64,000 nt of DNA. Origin: the human T2T-CHM13v2.0 reference genome, Homo sapiens. Numbering within the stretch: the first letter of the stretch is position 1; each line of letters opens with the position of its first letter. The notes beneath the pieces are model-generated. The model was not told where the DNA came from and made no database searches. It saw only the letters and a program-made list of their open reading frames with translations. The stretch lies in assembly GCF_009914755.1 (NCBI RefSeq), contig NC_060927.1; one strand, given 5' to 3'. Made by a program: the position numbers and the translations under genes. Shown piece after piece: positions 38,904 through 63,410 of this stretch.

Positions 38904-39238
38904 CTAGTACAAGGAAAAGCCAGGATGAGACTGGATCTCCTGATACCTGCTAAATAGCCTTACCAAAAATATGAATACATACTACTAATATTATATATAA
39001 ATACCATACTATTATCTATTCTGTGTAATATTAATATATACCATATATTATATATGTATATTCATATTTGTACAAAGCAATAATATTTGTACAAAGTATA
39101 TAGTGATGTAAAGTTTTAAAAAATGTTTCTAGTTAAATGAAGCCCTTCAGCAGCAAAGGTGCTAAGAGTTACTACTATCTTCAGAATTATAATATCAACT
39201 GTAAGTATCACCTTGAAATGCAACATAAACCGTGTTAA

Positions 39239-39594
<356 letters not shown>

Positions 39595-39615
39595 TAGACA
39601 TTTTCTTAAACCTAC

Positions 39616-39701
39616 CTCATTCGAAGACTTGACTTAGCCATTTCATGATGTTCAATTTCAGCCTTTTTCATATAAAATATTTTTTTAATTGAATTTGCAT
39701 C
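39616..39701 (-). CDS. PBRM1: PBRM1 exon ~9 (86 nt): [28 protein letters not shown](R)
   Basis: acceptor ttgacag|GAT, donor GAG|gtaggt. Confidence 0.95.
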
Positions 39702-39974
39702 CTGTCAAGATAAAATTACTTGGTTTAAAAAAGGAACAGATAAAAGGACAGCTTAATGCCCCCAACTCATGCAATGGGCACCTTCTATGGCACTCTTTCT
39801 ACTTGGAGCAGACTTCCATTCAATACCCACAAAGCTGCATCCTCCAACATTTCTACAAGCTTCCAAAATATCTATCTTCATAAAGTTGTCACTAATTAAA
39901 TATAAGTTAAAATGCCTCCTAGTTCTTTCATGATTAGTCAAGTAATATTTAGACAAAGATCTAATGGTATAATA

Positions 39975-40841
39975 CAGTAATGCCCCACTGTCCGTGGAGG
40001 ATACATTCCAAGACCCCCAGTGGATGCCTGAAACCTTGAACATTGCCAAACCTGGAACACATTTCTGTCTATGTCTTCCATCCACAAATGTAATTCCTTT
40101 TCCATATTAATGAAGCACTTTTCATGCACTGTGGCTGTAACTTTTTGCAGTCTGAGGTGCAACAATAAAACTAGCAGAAACTTCTTTTTTTTCCTTCTTT
40201 ACAATTTCATGAATAGCAGATTCATCTTTTTTTCTTTCTTTCTTTTTTTTTTTTGGTGGAGACAGAGTCTTACCATGTAGACCGGGCTGGTCTCAAACCC
40301 CTATCTTCAAGTGATCCTCCTGCCTTGGCCTCTCAAAGTGCTGGGATTACAGGCCTAAACCAGAGTGCCCAGCTGGGAGATTTGTTCTTACTGTAGATCT
40401 TAGCAATCTCAGCATACCTTTTTTTTTTTTTTTTCCTTTCTTAAGTCAAGAACTTTCACCTTTTCACTTAAAGGGAGCACTTTAAAGCTTCTTGAATTGC
40501 CAGCATCACAACTCTTGTGTTTTGGGGCCATTATTAAGTAAAATAAGGTTACTTGAACATAAGCACTGTGATACCACAGCAGTCGAGCTGATAACCGAGA
40601 TGGCTACACAGTGACTAACGGCAGGTGGTGTATATAGTGTGGATAGACTGAACAAAGGAATGATTCATGTCCCAGGTGAGACCAGATAGGACAGAAGTGG
40701 ATGGCATGAATTTCATCACAATACTCAGAATGGTGTGCAATTTAAACTTATGAAGTGCTTATTTCTGGAATTTTCCATTTAATATTTTCTGACCTCAGAA
40801 CCATACGAAAGCAAAACCGCAGATAAGGTGAGGGACTACGG
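39975..40841. mobile_element. MER44/Tigger7-type DNA transposon interrupted by an antisense FLAM (~40226-40374)
   Basis: ggatacattccaagacccccagtggatgcctgaaacc start; gaaagcaaaaccgcagataagg...gggactac end. Confidence 0.8.
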
Positions 40842-41429
40842 ACAACTAACTCTACTTGTGTACGCTGACCTAAAAATCAAAATACAGATGCACTTCTAAG
40901 ATTAAAGATTATATACACAAGTTTAGAATGAATGTACTTGCTTAAGTTTCCCTTCTCTTTAAAACTTAGTTAGAAAAAATAATTAGACCCAAAAGTAAAA
41001 TTCTTAACTGTAACAACAAACAATTAGTACTGTATATTATTAAAATGTCCTATTAGGGACTAGGAATACAAGGACTTCATAGTTCATTCCTGATTTTCTC
41101 TCAGAATTTCTTAAAAGATGAAAAATAAAAGTTATCATTAAATACCAACAGCAATTTTGAGTATTTGAGTCAGCATTCAGAAAATTTAAATGATTTTATT
41201 CCCAAAAGATTTTCTGAGTCTCCTTTGGCAAATTCCCAATGATACACGATTAATTCAATAAATTTCTACAAGCAATTATTCATTACAGAACCATAAAACT
41301 TCTAAGATGGAATTTGCAAAGCAATGAAACAGTCATTTTACATTGTGTACTGCACTACACAGATTGCTTTTTATATTTATGAAGTTTAAATGCAGGGAAT
41401 AAGTCAATATTTAACTAAAAAATGGATTC

Positions 41430-43190
<1,761 letters not shown>

Positions 43191-43229
43191 AAATTACTGA
43201 CCTTAAATTATCTACTATTACCAAGGAAA

Positions 43230-43252
43230 ACAACAACAACAACAACAACAAA
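43230..43252. repeat. (CAA)7 microsatellite next to the exon 8 donor
   Basis: seen directly. Confidence 0.9.
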
Positions 43253-43258
43253 ACTAAC

Positions 43259-43357
43259 CTTGAATACTTGAGAGCCAGGCTCATTATAAGTTTTGGCATT
43301 TTTTGCGAGGAGATCTATATCTTTGGCCATTGCATGAATACTTTTGTAGCTTCCATT
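43259..43357 (-). CDS. PBRM1: PBRM1 exon ~8 (99 nt): NGSYKSIHAMAKDIDLLAKNAKTYNEPGSQVFK
   Basis: acceptor ttgtag|AAT, donor AAG|gttagt; bromodomain NAxxYN motif. Confidence 0.96.
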
Positions 43358-43849
43358 CTACAATAAACAACAAAATATAGCAGTTCCTTTTAATGAGAGT
43401 TCATCAGTACAACCTTTAAAAAAAGAACCCCACATATTTCTAAATTGTCACCATATTCCAAGACTTTATTGGAAAGTACACATATGAACAACATGTAAAG
43501 TCATTTTCTTTTTTATAAATTATTACTGTACCCATTTATAAGTAAGTTTTTGAGATAGGTAACAAAACCAGAGCTGCATTATTCTCATAAAAATAAATTA
43601 CAATTTTTAAAAAGTCAAATAAGGTAGAAGTTTTATTTTACAAACACATAGTGCTTACTATGTGCCAAGCACAGTTCTAAGTGCTTCATGAATACTAATT
43701 CTTTAAAGTGGATTTAATAGTGTGAAGCAAAACTCCCCCTAGTTACATGAACCACTTGGGGTAAAATATGAAATCAGTCCAGCACAGAGGCTAACATTTT
43801 CTGAGTACCTACTGTGTGCTAGAGCTGTCATATCTTAAGGCTCACTCAA

Positions 43850-44575
43850 TCCAAAACAACCCAGGAATACTCATATAGTTGCCTAAATTTACGAAGGAAA
43901 TGAAAGACGGACACACTTTTAGGTAAGAGGCACACATGACTAATGGTAAGTACATGGAAATGAAAAAGACATGGTCTAGAGAGAGTAAGGAAACCAAACT
44001 GAGCGAAATGGAAGGTGGAGAAGGGTAGAGCCATAAGCACAGAGAGGGTAAAAACAAAAGAGGCAGAATCCAGAGAGCCAGGCAAAGGAGTGTAGCTATT
44101 TGCCTCGTGGGACTACCAACAACTACGCATCCTTCTTACACGGAGGGAATCAGCACAGGCATCGGGAGGGCTCTACCTCCCATAATGAGGATGTAAGTGG
44201 GCAAATGGTCACTTTGCCAGCAGCCTGGCAGCCAGGGCAAGGGGAAATAACCACAGGTCAGCTAATTCATGCTTGGGTCTAAAGGGATTAATGCAATGGC
44301 CAGGAATTCATTCCTGACTCCTGTAGAGGAGGAGAGTCTAGCAGTAGAGCAGCAAGTATCCAGGGACCACAGTGGCAAATTACAGTGGTAACAGCAATGG
44401 CACCACAAAGAGGCTGTGCATGATCTCAGCTGTGCCATGATGTTCCTGAGTTCTGCCTAGTATCCAAAGGCTAGTTCCTCAACCTTTCTTCTCAACATTT
44501 CTATGAGCTATCCAATATGCTTTTCAAAAATTCCTTTTCCACTTAAATTAGTCAGAGTTGGTTTTATTCAACTGG
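43850..44575 (+). mobile_element. MLT1-like (ERVL-MaLR) LTR remnant
   Basis: 3' end aattccttttccacttaaattagtcagagttggtttt resembles the MLT1 terminus; 5' boundary uncertain. Confidence 0.5.
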
Positions 44576-44993
44576 TACAAGGAGTTGTGACATGCTTTAG
44601 CAGGCATTGGAAAACAAGTGAATTAAGTCTCTGAGCACGGGACTGGCAGGAAGAAAGCCAAGGTCAGGAGCCAAGACACAGAAAGGACTAGAAAGTTTTT
44701 CATCAGAGAGGTAAAATAGATTATTCCAGTAATTTGGACATAAGAGGACAAGGACCTTGAATCGGGTGATGGCAAAAGGTGACTCTGAGACTTTTGGAAA
44801 GAAGAAAGGACAAAATAAGGCGAGAAGTCAAAAAGAGAAGACTGGGGCTGAGATAGAGATGATTAAAGATCTGATTCAATTTCCAGGATTATGAAAACAT
44901 AATCCTCCTACACAGATGTTAGAAATTCCAGGGATTTAGGAGACTTGAGTCATTCTCAGTAACAGTTATTGGGCTGATTTAAAAACCTGATGA

Positions 44994-45312
44994 GGCCTGG
45001 CAGGGTGGCTCACACCTATAATCTCTATGCACTTTGGGAGGCCAAGGCGGGTGGATCACTTGAAGTCAGGAGTTCGAGATCAGCCTGGCCAACATGGTGA
45101 AACCCTGTCTCTATTAAAAATACAAAAATCAGCCAGGTTTGGTGGCAGGCGCCTATAATCCCAGCTACTCGGGAGGCTGAGGCAGGAGAATGACTTGAGT
45201 CCAAGAGGTGGAGGTTTGCAGTGAGGTGAGATCATGCCACTGCACTCCAGCCTGGGTGACAGGGCAAGACTGTCTCAAAAAAAAAAAAAAAAAAAACCCT
45301 AAAAAAAAAAAA
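44994..45312 (+). mobile_element. AluS-like
   Basis: Alu consensus. Confidence 0.92.
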
Positions 45313-45879
45313 AGATGATACATTAGGGAATCTGTATTTTATCATTCTGTGAAAATTTATCTGTGGTACTAGTAAGTAAACACTGTTACTCTTTACTACT
45401 CTCTTAGAGTTTAAAGTCAAAGAAGTTTCTCCTTCCTGGCAAACCACAGTGGCTATCAGTCTCATTTCTCAATGAAACTATGTAACACACTGTTTTCCTT
45501 TTTGCCTTACCTCCTGGGAGCAGCAAACCCTTCTTATCCTGGGAAGATCAGTAACTCACATTTATGAGGACCTCATGCTGTAGGTTCTATGTGAGATGCT
45601 TTATCTATATTATCACCAACCTCTATGACTCTGCAAAGTAGTGATACTACACGCAACATACAGCAGAGGAAGCAGGCAAATCACCTGACCAAAGTGACAT
45701 AGCTGATTAAGTAGTAGAGCTAGAAAAACAACCATATCAGTTCTACTCTAAATACTCAATTTCTGGTACAATTTAGCTCTTTTTCCCTATACTTTCCCTT
45801 ACTTCTAATAATCAAATTTTAAATCCTAGTCACTCAGTCACACAATTAATATTTATTAAGCACCTACTCTGTACAGAAA

Positions 45880-46115
45880 CAGTAAGTGTAAGGGTTGAGA
45901 ACACAGACTACAGCTAGACTGTCTGGATTCAAATCCTAGTTCTCCTTCCTAGGCGGTGATTTGGGCAAGTTACTTAACACTTCTGTGCTTCAGTTTTCTA
46001 ACTTGTAAAATGGGAATAATAACAATACTACTCTGTGGAGTTTTAAGAATTAATTAGCTAATACACATAAAGCACTTAAAACAGTGCTAGGTACATAGCA
46101 AGTCTATGTGAGTGT
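45880..46115 (+). mobile_element. MIR
   Basis: ggattcaaatcctagttct...gggcaagttacttaacacttctgtgcttcagttttc...tgtaaaatgggaataataa. Confidence 0.85.
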
Positions 46116-46289
46116 TTAGTTGCCACTATTTACTGCCAGGGATACAGTGAAGGGGTAGGGTAGAGAGGGCCAAAGAGAAAAAAGTAGTATCTAATTCCAC
46201 TGACCTTCCACTCTAACATCCGTTGTGGGTAGCTTTTATTCTAACGTATCCTAAAGCTATTTGGAAGCAGATAAAAATAAACAACAGGT

Positions 46290-46415
46290 TACCCCGTCTA
46301 CCCTGATGTGATTATTATGCACTGTATGCCAGTATCAAAATTTCATGTACCCCATAAATACATACACCTGCTATGCACCCACAAAAATAAAAAATTTAAA
46401 AATTAAAAATGAAAT
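46290..46415 (+). mobile_element. L1 (MA-like) 3' terminus
   Basis: taccctgatgtgattattatgcactgtatgcc...catgtaccccataaatacataca followed by an A-rich tail. Confidence 0.8.
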
Positions 46416-46656
46416 AAATCTTTTGTCACAAATGTATCTTTTATAATCAGAAATGTCGGTAACCAATGTGTTTTAATTTTTGTCCTAAGATGCAATCCAA
46501 AGCTACAATCAGTAACACTATTTTAATTTATTTACATGATTTGCTAATAACCCCTTACAGAGACAACTAGCTTCTCTGTTTTCTAAAAGCTTCTAGGAAA
46601 GATCATAGGCCAATCTGCTCTAAACCACAATCATTTACTTATGGTCATCTTCATAC

Positions 46657-46725
46657 CTGTATCCTCTGGGCAATGGTCTTGAGATCTATAGGCTCCTTAA
46701 TTATTGCATAATAATCTGGATATTG
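46657..46725 (-). CDS. PBRM1: PBRM1 exon ~7 (69 nt): QYPDYYAIIKEPIDLKTIAQRIQ
   Basis: acceptor cttccag|CAA, donor CAG|gtatga; bromodomain YPDYY motif. Confidence 0.96.
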
Positions 46726-47016
46726 CTGGAAGACAAAAAACCAGGCATGCTCAATAAGTTAAACTATTCAGCTAATGAAAAGAGAAGGAAGTACATTGAC
46801 AATCTGTTGTTCAAACAACCAGTGAAGCAGCTTTGTGAGATTCAAGACTAAAGACATGGCTGTACAGCACATTTATTATATCAGAACCATAAAGAATTTA
46901 ATCTTAAGAAGCTTCATGATCTATCCAACAGCATGACTTAGGAGTTAAAACTTGGTATTTTGAGTGTTATTATGCAACTAGCATACAATTTAATGTTTTA
47001 AAAAATTCTAGGCTGG

Positions 47017-47927
<911 letters not shown>

Positions 47928-48176
47928 ATTCTAAATTCACAGAATTATACAATTTTTCATTTAAGGTCCCAAGATATCTATGCCTAGAAATAAAGTAGAA
48001 GAAATGCTCTTTAGGAGTTTGTTACAAGCTCTTTTAATTTTGCAATCTAAATAACGTTATTATATAATATTCACATAAACTTTCATAAGGATCTGTAAGA
48101 AGTCAGGTTGCAAAATTTGTTAGCTTCATGTTTAACTTGATGCTTCTGCTTATTTCAGTCAAAGTAAGTTTTTTCA

Positions 48177-48925
<749 letters not shown>

Positions 48926-49317
48926 TCACAACAACCTAGAATCACTCACTGCACTCAGGCTTTCCTACAGATTTTCTTCCTTGGAGGAAATAACTGAAGT
49001 TGCCCAAATATCAAAAGTTGGTCTTATCAGATGGGAGAGGTTCAGGGGAAGTCAGATTGTGCTCTCCCAACTCTTCCCACCTGTTCAAACCCTACTGAAG
49101 CCCACGCAGCAACAACAAAAGCAGAAAGCCACAGCCTTCACTCAGTTACTGGGCTGAACAGATTATCTCAGTGTTGTTTTATCTCATCTGTCCCCTAAGC
49201 TTACCACTACTTTCTTAACCCTACTCCTTCCTTTACTTGGATGAATCTCCATTGCTGCCCCTTCTCTTCACCAGTTCTACTTCTGAGAGAAAGTTCAGAG
49301 GACAAATTATGGCAAGG

Positions 49318-49360
49318 CCACCCAGCATGGAGTACAAAGTAATTCAAAGTCATCCAATCC
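49318..49360 (+). repeat. 43-bp direct repeat of 50788-50830 (2 mismatches)
   Basis: ccacccagcatgg(a/g)gtacaaagtaat(t/c)caaagtcatccaatcc. Confidence 0.92.
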
Positions 49361-49719
49361 CACAAATTCCCAATCTATCTCTCCCATGCAGCCAGCTTGC
49401 TTGGGACGGACTTACTAAGGAAAGGTGAAAACTGTCCTGCCCCTTCAGCTGTCAATCCTTGTTGTCTTTCAAACTGTCACACCCTGAGAGACCAATAGAA
49501 ACCTGCTTTTCCCAACCAGCTCCTTCAAGGTGACCTTGAAGGGGGAATGGGGGGAACTAATTATTGATGTTTCATTGCCCCATATCACTGTTGTTGATTT
49601 GACCATCACTGATTATCTCCTGCAGGGTAAGAATAAATCTTGAGCGAAGACAGTACTTCTATTTTGTGTGTATGTGTGCATGTGTGAATGAGAGTTGACA
49701 GAGAGCGAGAGAGAGAAAA

Positions 49720-50570
49720 AGAGACGGGGTCTCTTTCTGTTGCCTAGGTTGGAGTGAAGTGGCATGATCACAGCTCACTGCGGCCTTGAACTCCTAGGCT
49801 CAAGTGATCCTCCAAACTCAGCCCCACCAAACAGCTGTGACTACAGGTGCACACCACCATGACTAGCTAATTAAAAAAATTTTTTTTGTAGAGACAGAGT
49901 CTCAGCTATGTTGGCCTCTCAAAGCTCTGGGATTACAGGTGTGGGTCACTACACCTATCCTGTACTTCTTTTATAATTTTTTTTACTGTAATAAAATAAA
50001 TTTCATGTAGTAACATGAAATTTGCCATTTTTAAGTGTACAGTTCTGTGGCATGAGGTACACTCACACTGCTGTGCAACTATCACTGACATCCACCTCCA
50101 GAACTTTTTAATCTTGCAAAATGGAAACTCTGTACATATTAAACAACTCCCCATTCCCTCCAGCCCCTGGCAACCACCATTCTAACTTTATGTCTCTAAG
50201 ATTTTGAGTATTCTAGGTACCTCATATAAGAAATCATACAGTATTTGTCCTTTTGTGACTGGCTCATTTTGCTTAAAATAATGTCTTTAGAGTTCATCCA
50301 TGTAGGATGTTTCAGAATTTCCTTCCTTTTTAACGCCAAATAATATGCCACTGTATGTATATGTCACATATACATTCATTCACTGATGGACACCTGAGTT
50401 GCTTCCATTTTTAGCTATTGTGAATAATGCTGCTATGAATATGGGTATACAAATATCTCTTCAATACCCTGCTTTCACTTTCTTTGGAGTATATATCTAA
50501 AGTGGAACTGCTGGATCATATGGTAATTCCATGTTTAATTCTCTAGAGAATCATCATACTGTTTTCTCCT
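49720..50570 (-). mobile_element. Truncated AluJ (~49720-49955) and L1M (MB-like) 3' fragment (~49980-50570)
   Basis: ttttaagtgtacagtt, cccctggcaaccaccattcta, gctggatcatatggtaattc. Confidence 0.82.
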
Positions 50571-51296
50571 TTTCTTAAAGTTTTAAGTCATATGACCAAT
50601 ATTAATAATTACATCTTTCTAGTAAGATTCACACATAGGACAGCAGTGGTCAGTTGCTTTATTTCTAATGTTGTAACTATCCTATAGCTAGTCAAGACAC
50701 ACCTTTAAATAACTATAGTCTTGCCAATGACTGATGAGGAAAGCTGCATGCTACTCATCAGTCAACAAGCATCTTGCATATCTATGACCACCCAGCATGG
50801 GGTACAAAGTAATCCAAAGTCATCCAATCCTTCGGATCGGGTTCCAGTTATAGACAGTAATACAAAGGTAAATTACAGCACAGTCACTGTCCTCAAGAAA
50901 TTCAGGGAGTAGAAAAGAAGGCAGACAGAAAAGTAAATGATCACAATAGGGCTAAGTGCTACCATGGAGTACTTCTGAAAGTATATCCTTACCTAGAAAT
51001 ATGAGAATGCTGAGGCCATGAAAATGTTTGCAGTTTCATAGGCTAATGTGAGTCAAATCTATATGTTAATTATCTTTTGGGTGTAAAGGCATAAAGAATT
51101 CTGATACTTTTTAAAGGTCTTGCTTGTCTAGAAAACCTCTTCTTTTTTCAGGCAGAAGAGTACCTAATTCGTTTTTCTTTTTTCAGCATCACCAGGAGAT
51201 CAAAGAGAATTAAAAGGAGGAAGAACTCATTTATCTTCCTCTTACCCTGTCCCCTACACAAAGAGAAAGTTTCCACTCTTAAAAATGCAAGGTTTA

Positions 51297-52245
<949 letters not shown>

Positions 52246-52325
52246 AAAATAATTACCAATCAAAAAACAAAAAACGTAAAAATAAAAAAATAAAATCATA
52301 ACCTTCTGATCATGTAAAATGATAG

Positions 52326-53046
<721 letters not shown>

Positions 53047-53113
53047 TAATACAATTCTTGAAGTACTAAAAACAAAACACTGACATGTACCTGTTTTTAA
53101 CTGCATCACTTAC

Positions 53114-53230
53114 CACTTTAGAAGGCAGTTTCTGAAAAAGTTCGCTAATGAGACGTCCTGATGGATTTGTAGCTACAACTATGGCTTCAAGAAGCTGCTC
53201 CAGGATCTCCTTCAAGTAAGCTGGAGAAGA
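53114..53230 (-). CDS. PBRM1: PBRM1 exon ~6 (117 nt), start of BD2: SSPAYLKEILEQLLEAIVVATNPSGRLISELFQKLPSKV
   Basis: acceptor ttaccag|TCT, donor GTG|gtaagt. Confidence 0.96.
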
Positions 53231-53313
53231 CTGGTAATGTGGAGAAAAAAGTACTTTCTAAGAGAAATAATAAAATGCTGAATATTACATAGCTTCTAAA
53301 ATTGTAGAGCTAA

Positions 53314-56240
<2,927 letters not shown>

Positions 56241-56254
56241 TGAAGCATGTGTCT

Positions 56255-56655
56255 TTATTTAGTAAATATTTATCAGCACCTACATGTCAGGTATAGTGCA
56301 GATATGAGGAATAAATGAACAAAAAGATACCTGCTTAGGAGCTATCATTCTACTTGGGGAAAGAGAGAAAAACATGTAAACTAGTATGTTATTTCACATA
56401 TAGTGACATTATAAAAACTGAAGACAACCCTGTGATGACAGGGTGGGGTAGGGGCTGAAAAGGAGGAAGGCGGAGCAAACAATGGAGATAGGGTGGTCAG
56501 GAAAGTCCTGTCTCAGTAGACACCATTTTAGATGGTGTTAGAACAATAAAAAAGAGCCAGTCACGGGAAAAGTCAAAGGAAGCACTTTCTATGCAGAAGA
56601 ACAACTGCAAAATTCCAGAGGCAGAAACACACCTGGGAGGTTCTAGGAACAGTAA
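56255..56655 (-). mobile_element. L2 remnant
   Basis: aaatatttatcagcacctacatgtcagg...gtggtcaggaaagtcctgtct...agaacaactgcaaaattccagaggcag. Confidence 0.7.
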
Positions 56656-57047
56656 CTATTCTAACCTACAGAAATATTCCTCACTAAGGTGATTACATTC
56701 CAACTTCTAATCACAACACTGCCTTTCCTTACATGATGTCTCAATGTAGCAATACTGGACTAATCCTTGATAATATCAAGATTCTCTTTAAAACTGAGCA
56801 GGAAATATGCATTAATGTAAGTACAATTCATGAAAATTACCACACATGGCACACGTTGTCCAGGATATCCTAGGATCCCTTAAAAATGGAGTGGGGCTCT
56901 CTGGCTGAATGTCCTTTTATCCTCCCAGTTACCAATACAATTGCACAGGAATTCTAGTTGCCCACAACAGCCCAGAGGGAATCACAAGCAGGGGCCCTCT
57001 CTGCCTTCCAAGAGCCCATCCATCACAAGTTCCAGCTACACACTTAC

Positions 57048-57191
57048 TCCTTCAGTCACTGTGCCCTGATTGTCTTGCCCATCTTCATCATCATCTTCGT
57101 CATCTGCTTCTCCTTTCTGAACAAACTCATTTCTTGTTCGAAGGTACAAATCCCAGAGTTTGCAAGCGGCTTTATATTCAGGAGAATCTGG
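57048..57191 (-). CDS. PBRM1: PBRM1 exon ~5 (144 nt): PDSPEYKAACKLWDLYLRTRNEFVQKGEADDEDDDEDGQDNQGTVTEG
   Basis: acceptor catacag|CCA, donor GGA|gtaagt; phase 0-0; continues the frame. Confidence 0.96.
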
Positions 57192-57460
57192 CTGTATGTT
57201 AGCAAAGAGAAAAAAAAAAACACTTTAGTAATGTATTGGAAATTAGTTGCTACTTTTAAAGCACCTGTTTCAGCAAAGACCAAAAATTGTTACAAATTTT
57301 AACATCCTCATGATTAAAACATATATGGGTCCAAATCCCGCTTCCAAAAAATTAAGTGTATGTTTTAAAGACATTCTGAAATCAAATTATTTAGGTCTTA
57401 TCTCATTAAAGAAAGACTTGAGGCAGAAGACAAATGATTTGCTAAATTAAAAGTAATTAT

Positions 57461-57808
<348 letters not shown>

Positions 57809-58692
57809 TTAAAGGATAAGATTTGATTTAAAGGATAGAAGCTAATGACGGTTCTGATGTTATTAATACTTGTGGTTTGAAATTCTTTAATACCTTGTTT
57901 CAAAATGTCTGCTCATGAAGTATAGTGGGCATAATAAACTCTTGACTGAAATCTTCTAGTAAAAACAACGTTGGATGCAATGTTCAAAAAATAAAATAAA
58001 ACTTTAAAAATGCATACATGGGATGCCAATAGGAAGTAAGGATGTTCACAAAATTAAAGGAATAAAAGTAGGAAACCAGATGAAAACCCACAACACTTAA
58101 GTCAAATGTTCACTTTGAGGGCATTTATTTATGATAAAACCAAGCTTTCATTTCCAAGGCTTCTCTGGGCAGCGAGGAGGGAAGACAAAGGTCAGGGTCT
58201 ACCAGAAGCTGGGAATCCAAAGGCCATGGCTGCACCATTAGTGGGAACTCAAATCAGTTTCTGTACTGCCAGGGAGCAAGGACGACTGCCCATCTCAACC
58301 TCTACCTATCTAAATTCATGCCTATCTCAAACCATGGCACTGAGAGGAGAGGAGAGGCATGAAATGAATCTCTGAGAACTCTTCATCGTAAAGTTAGCCT
58401 TAACAAAGACAGGCCAGTCATCCTGGACAAGAAACAAATCATTTCTGGATGAAACCAACTTCAATTTAATGCTCCAATGATCTCTACAGATAAAGTTCCA
58501 AGAAATATTGAGTCCATAGTAAAAAAATCATGAGGCACATAAGAATCAAAGAATCACGAGAAAGCTAGCAAAAATGACAGTGACAACAAATATATGTATT
58601 AGATATTGGAATTCAAATAATTAGATTATCAGAATAATCTACCATAGAATAAAAAACAGGTGTGTTAAAAATGTTTAAAAGTTGGGCATGGT

Positions 58693-59670
<978 letters not shown>

Positions 59671-60069
59671 GAAACACAGACACAAAAGCAGGAAATATGA
59701 AAAGTTAAGAGAAATGGAGACCTGTGGGAAGTCTAATATGACACCCAATCAGAGTTACTACAAGAACAGGGCAAAGGCAAAATGCAAAGACATGGCTAAA
59801 AACTTTCCAAAGATGATGAGAAACACCAATCTAAGATTTATGAAGCATTACTACTCGCAAATTCTATAAAGATATCCACATCTAAATATATCACAATGAA
59901 ACTACAAAATACAAAAGAGAAAAGGATACTAAAGACAGCCAGAAAAGAAAAGACAGATAACCTTTAAAGGAACTACAATCATACTGGCGGATGACTTCTC
60001 AATAGCAAAATGGAATGAAGAATAAAGAAAGTAGTAATAATGAATGGTACTGACTCCACAAATCAATAT

Positions 60070-60377
60070 TATTATTATTATTGTTTTTAAAGACAGGATC
60101 TCACTGTTGCCCAGGCTGAAGTGCAGTGGCATGATCATAGCACATTACGGCCTTGAACTCTTGGGCTCAAATGATCCTTCCACCTCAGCCCCTCAAGTAG
60201 CTGGGACTACTGGTGCACGTCACCATGCTCAGCCAATTAAAACAATTTTTTTTTTTTTTGTAGAGGTGGGGTCTTAGTACACTGCCTAGGCTGGTTTCAC
60301 ACTCTTGGCTTCAAGCAATCCTCCTGCCTCAACCTCCCAAAGCGCTGGGATTATAGGCATGAGCCATCATGCCTGGC
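60070..60377 (-). mobile_element. AluJ-like
   Basis: antisense Alu consensus. Confidence 0.88.
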
Positions 60378-60394
60378 TGAATAGTATTTTATGG

Positions 60395-60733
60395 CAGGGG
60401 TCCCCAACCCCCAGCCCACGAACAACTACCAGTCCATGGCCTGTTTGGAACTGGGCCGCACAGCAGGAGGTGAGCAGCAGGCAAGACAGCATTATCGCCT
60501 GAGCTCCTCCTGTCACATCAGCAGTGGCATTAGATTCTCATAGGAGTGTGAACCCTATTGTGAACTGAGCATGCAAGAGATCTAGGCTGTGAGCTCCTTA
60601 TAAGAATCTAATGCCTGATGACATGAGAAGGAAGAGTTTCATCCTGACCCTGCCCCCTACATCCACTGCTGTCCATGGAAGAATTGTCTTCCGCAAAACT
60701 GGTCCCTGGTGCCAAAAAGCTTGGGGACCACTG
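60395..60733. mobile_element. MER1B (hAT-Charlie MITE)
   Basis: TIRs caggggtccccaa / ttggggaccactg; internal ggcattagattctcataggag. Confidence 0.88.
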
Positions 60734-61052
60734 TTCTATCAGATTCAAAAATTGCCACAAAAGAACTAAAGTACACAGCACCAGCATTATAAATAAGGAA
60801 AAGAGTGATCAGAGTTGAATTATTCTAAAGTCTTCGTATTGTTTGGAGGATTAAGATCCTGATTAGCTTCTGGCTTTGAATAAGTTAATTATGCATATTA
60901 AAACTTCTTAGATAAGAACTAAAAGATTATCTATAGATGTTACAATTTCCAAATTTTAGAGGTAATAAGAGGAAAAAAGTTTTGAAAAAAATGAAATCAA
61001 AAGAAGGCATAGAGAAAAAAATAACAAAATGCACTGAAGAGTAAAATAAACT

Positions 61053-63250
<2,198 letters not shown>

Positions 63251-63410
63251 AAATCATATGAATGTCCAGTCTCTTTACGAATAAGACAAATGCGAACTCA
63301 AGCCACAAAAAGAAACTACTACTCACCTGCCAGGTTTATAAATATTAAGAAGCCAATTATCAAATTGGTATCTTCCAATTGGTATCTTTCCAAATTTCAT
63401 AATTTCTTAC

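Noticed and set aside
56909-57302. Antisense ORFs overlapping exon 5 (His/Leu- and Ile-rich)
   Set aside because: Shadow of the GAT/GAC-rich acidic coding sequence on the opposite strand
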